NCBI GenBank assembly: GCA_965242925.1
Contig: CBDEUM010000038.1
Span: 128,001 to 192,000 of the forward strand
Direction of reading: 5' to 3'
Origin: Roseibacillus sp.
GTDB lineage: Bacteria; Verrucomicrobiota; Verrucomicrobiia; Verrucomicrobiales; Akkermansiaceae
DNA length: 64,000 nt
A program made the translations under genes and the position numbers. The notes under the pieces were generated by a model. It searched no databases. It saw only the letters and a program-made list of their open reading frames with translations, and had not been told where the DNA came from. Shown here one piece after another: positions 55,981-64,000 of the stretch (within the stretch, counting starts at the first letter, position 1; each line of letters opens with the position of its first letter).

Positions 55981-56337
55981 ATGTCCAAGGTCACGATCTA
56001 CCATAATCCGCACTGAGGCTCCTCCGTAAATGCCCTGGCGGTCGCCGAGGAACTGGGAGTGGAGCATGAGGTGATTCTCTACATCAAGACTCCGCCGGAC
56101 CGCGGGGTGCTGGAGTTGATCGTGGAAGGCCTCGAGGATCCGGTGGAGGACCTGGTGCGCAAGGATTCCAAGTTCAAGAAGCTGACGCTCGATCCCGCTG
56201 ACTATGTGGACAACCCGGAGGCGGTGATTGAAATTCTTCTCAAGCACAAGCAACTCCTGCAGCGGCCAGTCCTGGTGCGAGGGAGGAAGGCGATCATCGG
56301 GCGACCCAAGGGACGGATCCATGAGTTCCTTGGATAG
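55981..56337 (+). CDS. arsC: ArsC-family arsenate reductase with in-frame TGA at catalytic codon 12 (probable selenoprotein, 118 aa)
   Basis: MSKVTIYHNPH*GSSVNALAVAEELGVEHEVILYIKTPP...LVRKD...LLQRPVLV...IIGRP. TGA 56014-56016 aligns with ArsC Cys12 (YHNPxC) and is in frame with the track ORF 56059-56337. Confidence 0.85.
56018..56065 (+). promoter_or_regulatory. Candidate bacterial SECIS hairpin
   Basis: GCUCC/GGAGC lower stem; CCU-GGC[GGUC]GCC-G-AGG upper stem; GGU-containing apical loop starts 23 nt after the UGA. Folded by eye. Confidence 0.6.
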
Positions 56338-56373
56338 GGCAGACTTGCCCGCTTGTAAGGAACAGCTTGCAGC

Positions 56374-57861
56374 TCAGGTCAGCAGGCTCTTCACGACGTG
56401 GCCGTGCACGTCGGTGAGTCGGTAGTGCCGGCCCTGGAAGCGATAGGTGAGCCGTTCATGGTTGAGGCCCAGGAGGTGAAGAATGGTGGCATTGAGGTCG
56501 TGGATGTGAACTCCCTTGGAGTCCTTATCCACGATGTTGTAGCACCAATCATCGGTCTCCCCGTAGCTCATGCCGCCCTTGATGCCGCCGCCAGCCATCC
56601 AGATTGAAAAGCAGCGAGGATGGTGATCGCGGCCATAACTGTTGGCATTGCCGCCCTGGCGGTAGACAGTGCGGCCGAACTCGCCACCCCAGATCACAAG
56701 GGTGTCCTCGAGCATGCCGCGCTCCTTGAGATCGCGGATGAGGGCGGAGGAACCCTGGTCGACCTCCCTCGCGATCCTCGGATGTCGATTGGGCAGGTTG
56801 GAGTGATGATCCCAGCCACGGTGGTAGAGTTGAATGAAGCGCACATCGCGCTCGGCGAGTCGGCGTGCGAGAAGGCAGTTGGCAGCGTGAGTGCCTGGAA
56901 TGCGGGCGTCTTCCCCGTAGAGTTTGAAGGTGCTCTCCGGTTCGTCCGAGAAATTGGTAAGCTCCGGGACGGACATCTGCATGCGGTAGGACATCTCGTA
57001 TTGCGCGATGCGGGTGGTGATTTCAGGGTCGCCGACGTCCTGGAAGCGTTCCTGGTTGAGCTTGGAGAGTGTATCGAGAAGTTCGCGTCTGTCCTTGAGA
57101 GGTGCTCCTGTAGGATCCTTCAGGTAGAGAACAGGATCGCCAGCCCCACGCAACTTAACCCCCTGGTGATTGGAGGGCAGGAAGCCGCTACCCCACAGGC
57201 GTGAATAGGTTGGCTGGGCCTGGTTGTCGGAATTCTTGTCGAGGAGAACGACGAAGGCAGGGAGATTGGCATTGGTGCTCCCCAGGCCGTAGCTGGCCCA
57301 TGCTCCGAGGGATGGTCGGCCCGGTTGCTGATGCCCAGTCTGGAAAAAGGTGATGGCCGGGTCGTGATTGATGGCCTCGGTGTGCATCGATTTGATGATG
57401 CAAATGTCATCTGCAATCTGCTGGTGAAAGGGCAGGAGGTTGCTGATCCACTGGCCGGATTGACCGTGCTGGCCGAATTTGGTGAAAGACTTGGCGGCGG
57501 GGAAGGACTTTTGACCAGCCGTCATGCCGGTGAGGCGTTGCTTCCCACGCACGGAGTCGGGAAGATTCTGCCCGTTCAGTTTCTCAAGGGTGGGCTTGTA
57601 ATCGAAGGTATCGATCTGAGAAGGGGCACCGGACTGAAAGAGGTAGATCACGCGTTTGGCCCTGGGGGCGAAGTGCACGGGTCCCGGACTGCCCGGTTCG
57701 TAACCCGGGCCGTTGTTCTCCGCCCTGGGAGCCGCGTGCAGTTGGGGAAGATCGAGAAGAGACGCGAGCGCAGCGGCTCCGATTCCCGCGGTGGTGCCGC
57801 GCTGGAGGAAGTGGCGGCGGGTGAGATTGAGGCGAAACTCGGTGCAGGGGTCGTGGGACAT
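56374..57861 (-). CDS. DUF1501 family protein (Tat-like signal)
   Basis: TRRHFL; AKRVIYLFQSGAPSQIDTFDYKP; GWDHH; GEFGRT; GRDHHP. Confidence 0.9.
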   Translation of the reverse strand: MSHDPCTEFRLNLTRRHFLQRGTTAGIGAAALASLLDLPQLHAAPRAENNGPGYEPGSPGPVHFAPRAKRVIYLFQSGAPSQIDTFDYKPTLEKLNGQNLPDSVRGKQRLTGMTAGQKSFPAAKSFTKFGQHGQSGQWISNLLPFHQQIADDICIIKSMHTEAINHDPAITFFQTGHQQPGRPSLGAWASYGLGSTNANLPAFVVLLDKNSDNQAQPTYSRLWGSGFLPSNHQGVKLRGAGDPVLYLKDPTGAPLKDRRELLDTLSKLNQERFQDVGDPEITTRIAQYEMSYRMQMSVPELTNFSDEPESTFKLYGEDARIPGTHAANCLLARRLAERDVRFIQLYHRGWDHHSNLPNRHPRIAREVDQGSSALIRDLKERGMLEDTLVIWGGEFGRTVYRQGGNANSYGRDHHPRCFSIWMAGGGIKGGMSYGETDDWCYNIVDKDSKGVHIHDLNATILHLLGLNHERLTYRFQGRHYRLTDVHGHVVKSLLT

Positions 57862-57865
57862 GCTC

Positions 57866-60800
57866 TTATCCTTTGGTGATGGTTTCGCTGAGATTGAGAA
57901 GAATCCGGGCGAGGGCGGTGTAGGCGGCGTGCTCGGATGGTTTGAACTGGGGAGTGGGGGGCAGGGCGCCTACGGAGAGCAGTTTCGTGGCCGTCTCCGG
58001 CTCGGCCTTGTAGCGTGCCAGGTGCTTCTTGAGGGTCTCCTGCAGGATGGAGAGTTCCGATGGGCTGGGCTGACGCGAGGTGACAGTGCGAAATCCGAAG
58101 CGGAGGCGTGCTTTGAGAGTGGCACCACCCTCAAGTATCATGCGCTCAGCGAGAAAGCGGGCAGCCTCCACGAACTGGGGGTCGTGCATGAGAACGAAGG
58201 CCTGCAGGGGAGTGTTTGTGCGGCTCCGGCGCACCATGCAGAATTCGCGTTCGGGGGCATCGAAGGTAGCCATGGATGGAGGGGGGACGGTACGCTTCCA
58301 GTAGGTGTAGAGGCTGCGGCGGTAGAGGTTGGCGGAGTCTTTGGCGTGAGGATACGTACGCGAGTAGCCAGGGCGATTGTTGAGTTCGAGCCACAGTCCG
58401 CTCGGATGGTAGGGGTAGACCGATGGTCCGCCGATCTGTCTGCGCAGCAGGCCGCTGGTGAAAAGGGCGTTGTCCCGGATGACCTCAGCATCCAGCCGCA
58501 TCCTGGGGCCCCGGGCGAGGAGTCGGTTCTCGGGATCACGGGAGTGGGATCCGGCGGTGATGCGTGACGACTGCCGGTAGGTGGCGGAGAGGATGATGTT
58601 GCGCAGGAAACGTTTCACGTCCCAGCCGTTCTCGACGAAGTCGACCGCGAGGTAGTCGAGGAGGCGGGGGTGGCTGGGCCACTCGCCCTGCCGTCCGAAG
58701 TCCTCGCTGGATTTCACTATCCCGGTACCGAAGAGCTGTTGCCAGAAGCGATTGACCGTTACGCGGGCGGTGAGGGGATTATCTTCCCTGGTCATCCACT
58801 TTGCGAGGTCGAGACGATTCGCTGTTCGTCCCTCCGGGAGAGAACCGAAGAAGGAAGGAATGCCCGCCTCGACCACGCGTCCTTTCTTGTCGTACTCGCC
58901 ACGTTCGAGGACGTGGGTAGTGCGCATCCCGGGCTTCTCGGAGAGGACCATGGTAGCGGGGAAGGAGGTCTTCGTGGCCCCCTTCTCGCGCCGCAGGACA
59001 GCGAGTTCGCGGGCGGTCCGGGAAACTTCCGGTGAGCCGAAGCGCCCGGTGAGGTAGGCAGTGAGTTCGTCGCGCCGGGCGGGCGTGCGTTTGGCGGATG
59101 CGGTCTGGAGGATGGACTGAATGGCCAGGGGTATGGGGGGGGTCTTGCCGCGTGCCAGGGCGACTCGAAAGCGCCCGATCTGGTGGCTCTGTCCGTATCC
59201 TTGAACCATGCGCACACGCAAGGCTGCTCCCGCGGGGATGGGATTGGCGAAGGTGAAGACTGCTAATCGGTTCTCGGGCCTGGTGTTTCCGTCCACAGCC
59301 CAGCCGTGACGCCCGGCCTTGCCGTCGATGGCCGCGGCTATTCCGTAGTTCTTCTGTTCGTAGTCGGCCTCGGCGTGGTTAATCTTCACAGGGACGGGTC
59401 TGCCTCCCTTGAGTTGGTAGCTCACCTCAAACTCACTCAGGACAAAGTTGCCGTTGCTGCCCCGACTGGCTGATCCGGCGGTGAGGCTGGGATGGGTGAG
59501 GGCCTCCAGTCGGATGGCGGAGACCGGCCTTTGTAGTTCCTTGGCGAGAAGGAGGTCGTAGTTGTCCGTTCCGGGGTTTTTTCCGCTGGCCAGGATGCTC
59601 TGGTCTGCCAGTGCCTTTAGAGTTGTGCCGCCGGATGAAGTCATGCGGACCGGGACGCCTGCCTGCCAGGTGGAATTTAACTTCTCGAGGAGGTCTTTCT
59701 CCCAGTTGACGGTATCAGCGCCCGACTTCTCGAGAGCATCTTGATACGCCTTTTCCGCCCTGGTCAGGCGTTGCGGGAGATCGTTGCCCGCCCCTGCGAG
59801 AGGAGAGGGAGCGTTGACCTTGGGATTGAATCCGTTGAGTCCGCGTTCGGGGACCTGGTTGAAGAAGGCGAAGAAGCGGTAAAAGTCTTCCTGCGAGACC
59901 GGGTCATACTTGTGATCATGGCAGCGACTGCAGATCAGGGTGAGTCCAAGCCAGACCGTGCTGGTGGTAACCACCCGGTCGATGACATACTCGGTGCGGT
60001 ATTCTTCATCGACAACCCCTCCTTCGATGGTGATGGGGTGATTGCGGTGAAATCCGGTCGCAAGCCGGGTCTGGTCGGTGGCTTCTGGGAGGAGGTCACC
60101 TGCCATCTGCTCGATCGTAAACTGGTCGAACGGTTTGTTGGAATTAAAGGAGTGAATGACCCAGTCGCGCCAAACCCATTGGTCCCGGTTGCGGTCATAC
60201 TGATAACCGTTAGTGTCTGCGTAGCGTGCGGCGTCGAGCCAATAACGGCCCTGGTGTTCGCCGTAGTGGGGTGACCCAAGAAGGCGGTCGGCCGCTTTTT
60301 CCCAGGCCTGCGGTGACTTATCGGAGAGAAAAGCATCGATCCCGGCCGGGGTGGGAGGCAGTCCGTTAAGGTCCAGAGAGGCACGGCGCAACCAGGTGGC
60401 GCGGTCTGCTTCCGGAGCGGGCACGAGGGTTTCCTGTTCCAGGCGGGCAAGGACAAACCGGTCGAGTGGTTGGCGCGGCCATCCGCTGTCCCTGACCGCA
60501 GGGAGAGCGGGTTTTCGTGGGGATTCGAAGGCCCAGTGCCGGGAGAACTTGGCGCCCTGCCTGATCCATTCTTCAAGAAGATTGATCTCTGCCTTGCTCA
60601 AGGACTTGCCGCTCTTCGGTGGCGGCATGACCTCGTCCTTGTCGGCGGACTTGATGCGGTGGATGACATCGCTCTCATCCGGTTTTCCGGCGAGGATGGC
60701 GTGGAAGCCGTCGCGGTTCCGGAGGGCATCTTCGCGCACGTCGAGGCGCAGTTTGGCCTTGCGAGCCTTGGCGTCCGGTCCATGGCACTGGTAGCAGTTC

Positions 60801-60904
60801 TCGGAGAGAAGTGGCTGGATGTCGCGGGCGTAGTCGATCTCCCGACCCCACCCCAGGAACGTGATTGCGGCGAAGAAAACCGCCAGCATGGCGCGGCAAG
60901 GCAT
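57866..60904 (-). CDS. Planctomycete cytochrome c + DUF1549 + inserted galactose-binding-like domain + DUF1553 protein
   Basis: CYQCHG; HWAF; RRASLDLNGLPP; CSRCHDHKYD; LTARVTVNRFW; RRSLY; TNTPLQA. Start inferred (60904 or 60889). Confidence 0.88.
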   Translation of the reverse strand: MPCRAMLAVFFAAITFLGWGREIDYARDIQPLLSENCYQCHGPDAKARKAKLRLDVREDALRNRDGFHAILAGKPDESDVIHRIKSADKDEVMPPPKSGKSLSKAEINLLEEWIRQGAKFSRHWAFESPRKPALPAVRDSGWPRQPLDRFVLARLEQETLVPAPEADRATWLRRASLDLNGLPPTPAGIDAFLSDKSPQAWEKAADRLLGSPHYGEHQGRYWLDAARYADTNGYQYDRNRDQWVWRDWVIHSFNSNKPFDQFTIEQMAGDLLPEATDQTRLATGFHRNHPITIEGGVVDEEYRTEYVIDRVVTTSTVWLGLTLICSRCHDHKYDPVSQEDFYRFFAFFNQVPERGLNGFNPKVNAPSPLAGAGNDLPQRLTRAEKAYQDALEKSGADTVNWEKDLLEKLNSTWQAGVPVRMTSSGGTTLKALADQSILASGKNPGTDNYDLLLAKELQRPVSAIRLEALTHPSLTAGSASRGSNGNFVLSEFEVSYQLKGGRPVPVKINHAEADYEQKNYGIAAAIDGKAGRHGWAVDGNTRPENRLAVFTFANPIPAGAALRVRMVQGYGQSHQIGRFRVALARGKTPPIPLAIQSILQTASAKRTPARRDELTAYLTGRFGSPEVSRTARELAVLRREKGATKTSFPATMVLSEKPGMRTTHVLERGEYDKKGRVVEAGIPSFFGSLPEGRTANRLDLAKWMTREDNPLTARVTVNRFWQQLFGTGIVKSSEDFGRQGEWPSHPRLLDYLAVDFVENGWDVKRFLRNIILSATYRQSSRITAGSHSRDPENRLLARGPRMRLDAEVIRDNALFTSGLLRRQIGGPSVYPYHPSGLWLELNNRPGYSRTYPHAKDSANLYRRSLYTYWKRTVPPPSMATFDAPEREFCMVRRSRTNTPLQAFVLMHDPQFVEAARFLAERMILEGGATLKARLRFGFRTVTSRQPSPSELSILQETLKKHLARYKAEPETATKLLSVGALPPTPQFKPSEHAAYTALARILLNLSETITKG

Positions 60905-61047
60905 GCCGTCATTTAGCGACTTCCGGGAGGGCCCGGCTAGCACAATCGGGGCCGCCTGGTCTTCATTGGGGATGCTATCTGACCTCGCGCTTTTGCAGGG
61001 ATCCGGCTCCTGCAAGGCGGGGTTATCTTGTGACCCAGGATGGCGCC

Positions 61048-62265
61048 TCAGTCTACAAGCGCCTCGTAAACGAGCGGTTTGACGGTGGCGCCGAGGTCTC
61101 GCATGGGGAGGGCCTGGGAGAGGGTAATGACGGCCAGTTCGTCCCGCGGAGAGATCCAGAATTCGGTTCCGGCTCCCCCGAGCCATTCGTATTCACCGAT
61201 AGATGATGGTTCGGAATCGATCTTCTCCACCCGGACCGCGAATCCGAGACCGAATCCACGACCCTTGGGAGGGCGGCTGATGGGGTAGGCGGAGTCCGGG
61301 AGTTGATTACGGGTCATTTCCTTTACGGTTGCGGCCTTGAGGAGGCGCGCTCCGTCGAACTGGCCCATGCCGGCGAGCATGAGGCAGAAACGCATGTAGT
61401 CGATTCCGGTGGAAACCAGTCCACCCCCGCCGGAGAGGAACTTGGGAGGCTTCTCGAAGGTGAAGGGACCGGATGTGCCCGGTTGAGGCGCGGTAACGGG
61501 ATTGAGTTTGCGGTCATAGACGAGGGAAAAGCGTCCCCACTTCTCCTCCGGGCAGTAGAAGGAGGTGTCGACCATCCCGAGGGGCTTGAAGATCCGTTCC
61601 TTGAGGAACAGGTCAATAGTCTGCCCGGATCCCACTTCCACAAGATGGGCAAGGGCATCTGTCCCGAAGCTGTAGTGCCATTTGGTGCCTGGTTCCGAGC
61701 GCAGGGGGATGTTGTTGAGGCGTTCGGTCATCTCCCTGAGGGTGCTGTCGGCGAGAGAAGGGAATCCCGCCCTGCGGTAGAGACGGTCCACGGTGATATT
61801 GTTGGGAAAGCCCGCGGTATGGCGGAGGATGTCCCGGACAGTCATCTCATTCTCTGCGGGAGTGGTGCCAACCTTCATGGCATTGACCTTGGGAACGTAT
61901 TTCGAGATGGGTGCATCCAGTGCGAGTTTGCCTTCTTCCACGAGGATCATGGCGGCCACACTGATGACTGTCTTGGTCATGGAATACATCCGGACGATGG
62001 TGTCCCGTTCCATGGGTCTGTTACGGGCCCGGTCGTGCATTCCGTAGGTGCCGAAATGAATCACCTTGCCGTGGCGAGCGACAATTACGGAGGCGCCTGC
62101 GAGTTGGCCTCCTTCGATGAATTTCCTGGTCACGACCTCGTCGATCTTCCCGAGTTTGCCGGCGGACATGCCAACCTCGGCCGGAGAGGCAAAGGGGAGG
62201 CGGTGCTCGGCCTCGGCAGGAAGGGCATAATAGAGAAGGAGAGGGCAGAGGAAGCGACGGATCAT
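61048..62265 (-). CDS. Serine hydrolase, beta-lactamase class C/esterase family
   Basis: YSMTK (SxxK), LRHTAG, EPGTKWHYS, PLGM, SGGGGL. Start at MIRRFL. Confidence 0.87.
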   Translation of the reverse strand: MIRRFLCPLLLYYALPAEAEHRLPFASPAEVGMSAGKLGKIDEVVTRKFIEGGQLAGASVIVARHGKVIHFGTYGMHDRARNRPMERDTIVRMYSMTKTVISVAAMILVEEGKLALDAPISKYVPKVNAMKVGTTPAENEMTVRDILRHTAGFPNNITVDRLYRRAGFPSLADSTLREMTERLNNIPLRSEPGTKWHYSFGTDALAHLVEVGSGQTIDLFLKERIFKPLGMVDTSFYCPEEKWGRFSLVYDRKLNPVTAPQPGTSGPFTFEKPPKFLSGGGGLVSTGIDYMRFCLMLAGMGQFDGARLLKAATVKEMTRNQLPDSAYPISRPPKGRGFGLGFAVRVEKIDSEPSSIGEYEWLGGAGTEFWISPRDELAVITLSQALPMRDLGATVKPLVYEALVD

Positions 62266-62444
62266 GGGCAGGAGGGGCAACTGCTCCTTCTTAGACAGGA
62301 CGGGACCTCCTTTTGAAGTTCTTTGCTGAGTCCCCTTTGCCATGTCCGGGCGGTATCAGGGACAGGGAAGCTGGATCACACGATGATTTGGGACAGAGGA
62401 AGACTTTCTCTTGCACAACCGGAGCGGGGGACAATTCTCTCCTC

Positions 62445-63092
62445 ATGAATTCATTGCTTCCCCTGTTCGTCACTCTCTTACTGGTTGCGGGAGTCCTGGT
62501 TGCTGGTGCAGATGAGGGTTGTCCTCTCTTTAATGGAAAGGATCTGACCGGATGGCAGGGGATGCAGGGTCCGCCTGATAACTGGGGGGTCAAGGACGGG
62601 GTCCTGACCTGTACGGGAGGAAGGGGTGCGCAGTGGCTGGCAACCGGGGAGGAATTTTCGGATTTCGACCTGAGCCTGGACTTCAAGCTGCCGGTCAATG
62701 GTAACAGCGGGGTTTTTATCCGCGCTCCTAGGAAGGGAACACCTTATGTCGACGGGATGGAGATCCAGTTGCTCGACGATTATGGGGAGAAGTGGAAGAA
62801 CCTGAAGCCTGATCAATTCACCGGGGCAATTTATGCTGCGGTCGCGCCCTCCCGGCGCGTTACAAAGAAGGCTGGCCAATGGCAGACCATGCGAATCCTC
62901 TGTGTAGGCCGGAGTTGTTCGGTGTGGGTCAATGGTGAGCAGATCGTTGAGGCAGATCTCGACAAGGTGGCTGCAAAATACGGTCGCAAGGTGCCCGGCC
63001 TAAAGCGCAACTCCGGACTCATCGGGGTCCAGAACCATGGAGATCCGGTTTCCTTCCGTAAGATTGTCATCAAGAAAATCGCCCAGAAGTAA
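62445..63092 (+). CDS. DUF1080 / 3-keto-disaccharide hydrolase family protein
   Basis: LFNGKDLTGW, GNSGVFIR, EIQLLD, GAIY, QNHG..VSFRKI. Confidence 0.9.
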   Translation: MNSLLPLFVTLLLVAGVLVAGADEGCPLFNGKDLTGWQGMQGPPDNWGVKDGVLTCTGGRGAQWLATGEEFSDFDLSLDFKLPVNGNSGVFIRAPRKGTPYVDGMEIQLLDDYGEKWKNLKPDQFTGAIYAAVAPSRRVTKKAGQWQTMRILCVGRSCSVWVNGEQIVEADLDKVAAKYGRKVPGLKRNSGLIGVQNHGDPVSFRKIVIKKIAQK

Positions 63093-63100
63093 TCGGAGGA

Positions 63101-64000
63101 TTACCGGGTTGAGCGGGAGACACTCCACCCTCCTTCGGAACTGAGTTGGATGGTGACGGGGCCGACTGTTGCGGTTGCGGTGCCGTCTGGTGCGAGGCGG
63201 GTCTGGATTCCGGTTGCGATCTTTCGAGCATCCATCCCCTCATTGAAGGGGCGCAGGACGCTGAGCCAGAACTGTGGCTTGCCGGGTTGGAGGGTGGCCC
63301 GTGCGAAGGTGTTTCGGACATTGCCGCCTCCGATATCCTGTGAAACCCGGTGCTCAACCTGGCCGATTACGAGTTCCTCTTCCTGATGGAAGTGGAGGAC
63401 GAGGCGCTTCCGGTGGGTCTGCCACCAGGCATGATCGCGGGCGGGCGCCTCAAACCAGTTGGGGCCATTTTGGGCGTTCTCTGTCGCTGAAATTAACCAG
63501 CAGGGGGAGGCGTGGTAACCAGCGAGATCCCCGCAGGGGAGGAATTTGTCCCGAACGACGAGGTAGCCTTCAGCGGTGAGAACGCACTCCCGGGTCCATC
63601 TGCTGCGTGCCCCGTAGTAATTCCGCATGGTGAAGCGCCCGAAGGAATCGGCCCCCTTGTTCTCGGCCCGCAGGTGCTTCTGCTCGAGAATTGCACCCCG
63701 GTGCCAGAGGGGGGTGAAATAGCGTGGATTGACGCGCACGTTCGGGGTGATGGAGCCCCCCTGTGACCCCTTGAAGTCGTAGGCCATGCGGGTGTATTGG
63801 GTCTGGCCGTTGAACTTTTCTTCGAGGTTCTCGAGGGTGAGCAGAAGGGAGGCGTCCTCGCCGATATCAGCGACCTCAAGACAGGTTCCCGGGCGGCGCC
63901 CGCCTTTTACGAAGCGAAAGGCCGCCTTCCGCTGTGCGTCAGTCAGTTCCACGATGTGCTCCCCGTGGCGAAGCTCGACCTTCATGTTGTCTGGCAATTC
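63101..64000 (-). CDS. Hypothetical protein, C-terminal part (runs off the right edge)
   Basis: Open frame to the window edge; beta-rich C-terminus (YLVVRD, FWLSVLRP) loosely resembles heparinase II/III-type tails; function not assignable. Confidence 0.6.
   Translation of the reverse strand, partial: ELPDNMKVELRHGEHIVELTDAQRKAAFRFVKGGRRPGTCLEVADIGEDASLLLTLENLEEKFNGQTQYTRMAYDFKGSQGGSITPNVRVNPRYFTPLWHRGAILEQKHLRAENKGADSFGRFTMRNYYGARSRWTRECVLTAEGYLVVRDKFLPCGDLAGYHASPCWLISATENAQNGPNWFEAPARDHAWWQTHRKRLVLHFHQEEELVIGQVEHRVSQDIGGGNVRNTFARATLQPGKPQFWLSVLRPFNEGMDARKIATGIQTRLAPDGTATATVGPVTIQLSSEGGWSVSRSTR

Noticed and set aside
56059..56337. 92-aa ORF with GTG start as the complete gene
   Set aside because: It lacks the ArsC active-site N-terminus, which is present in frame upstream across the TGA.
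60988..61019. Hairpin CGCTTTTGCAGG...CCTGCAAGGCG as a REP-like repeat
   Set aside because: No second copy noticed in the window; at most a local terminator or stabiliser.

Overview
GC-rich bacterial window, most likely PVC superphylum and probably Verrucomicrobia. This is inferred from three DUF1501 + DUF1549/DUF1553 modules, three PVC-type dehydrogenase/heme proteins, several sulfatases and a TGTTC-N4-(G/A)AACA-type site upstream of lexA. About 40 protein-coding genes are present. Housekeeping: bioF (partial), a D-Ala-D-Ala carboxypeptidase, lexA, ggt, thiC with a TPP riboswitch, and an aminotransferase-glcDEF operon. The rest are mostly secreted hydrolases and PVC-specific DUF genes. No tRNA, rRNA, CRISPR array or transposase was seen. 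Highlights: (1) an ArsC-family gene whose N-terminus the ORF track missed; its catalytic Cys12 codon is an in-frame TGA followed by a SECIS-like hairpin, so it is a probable selenoprotein; (2) a degenerate second TPP-aptamer-like element about 120 nt upstream of the thiC riboswitch; (3) a secreted beta-propeller fused to tandem SIS-like domains; (4) a sulfatase with a CTNTR motif fused to a lactonase propeller; (5) an LMW-PTP + fructosamine kinase + DJ-1 glycation-repair neighbourhood; (6) seven apparent single-base insertions breaking five genes, probably consensus errors. All domain calls come from motif recognition by eye, not from database searches.
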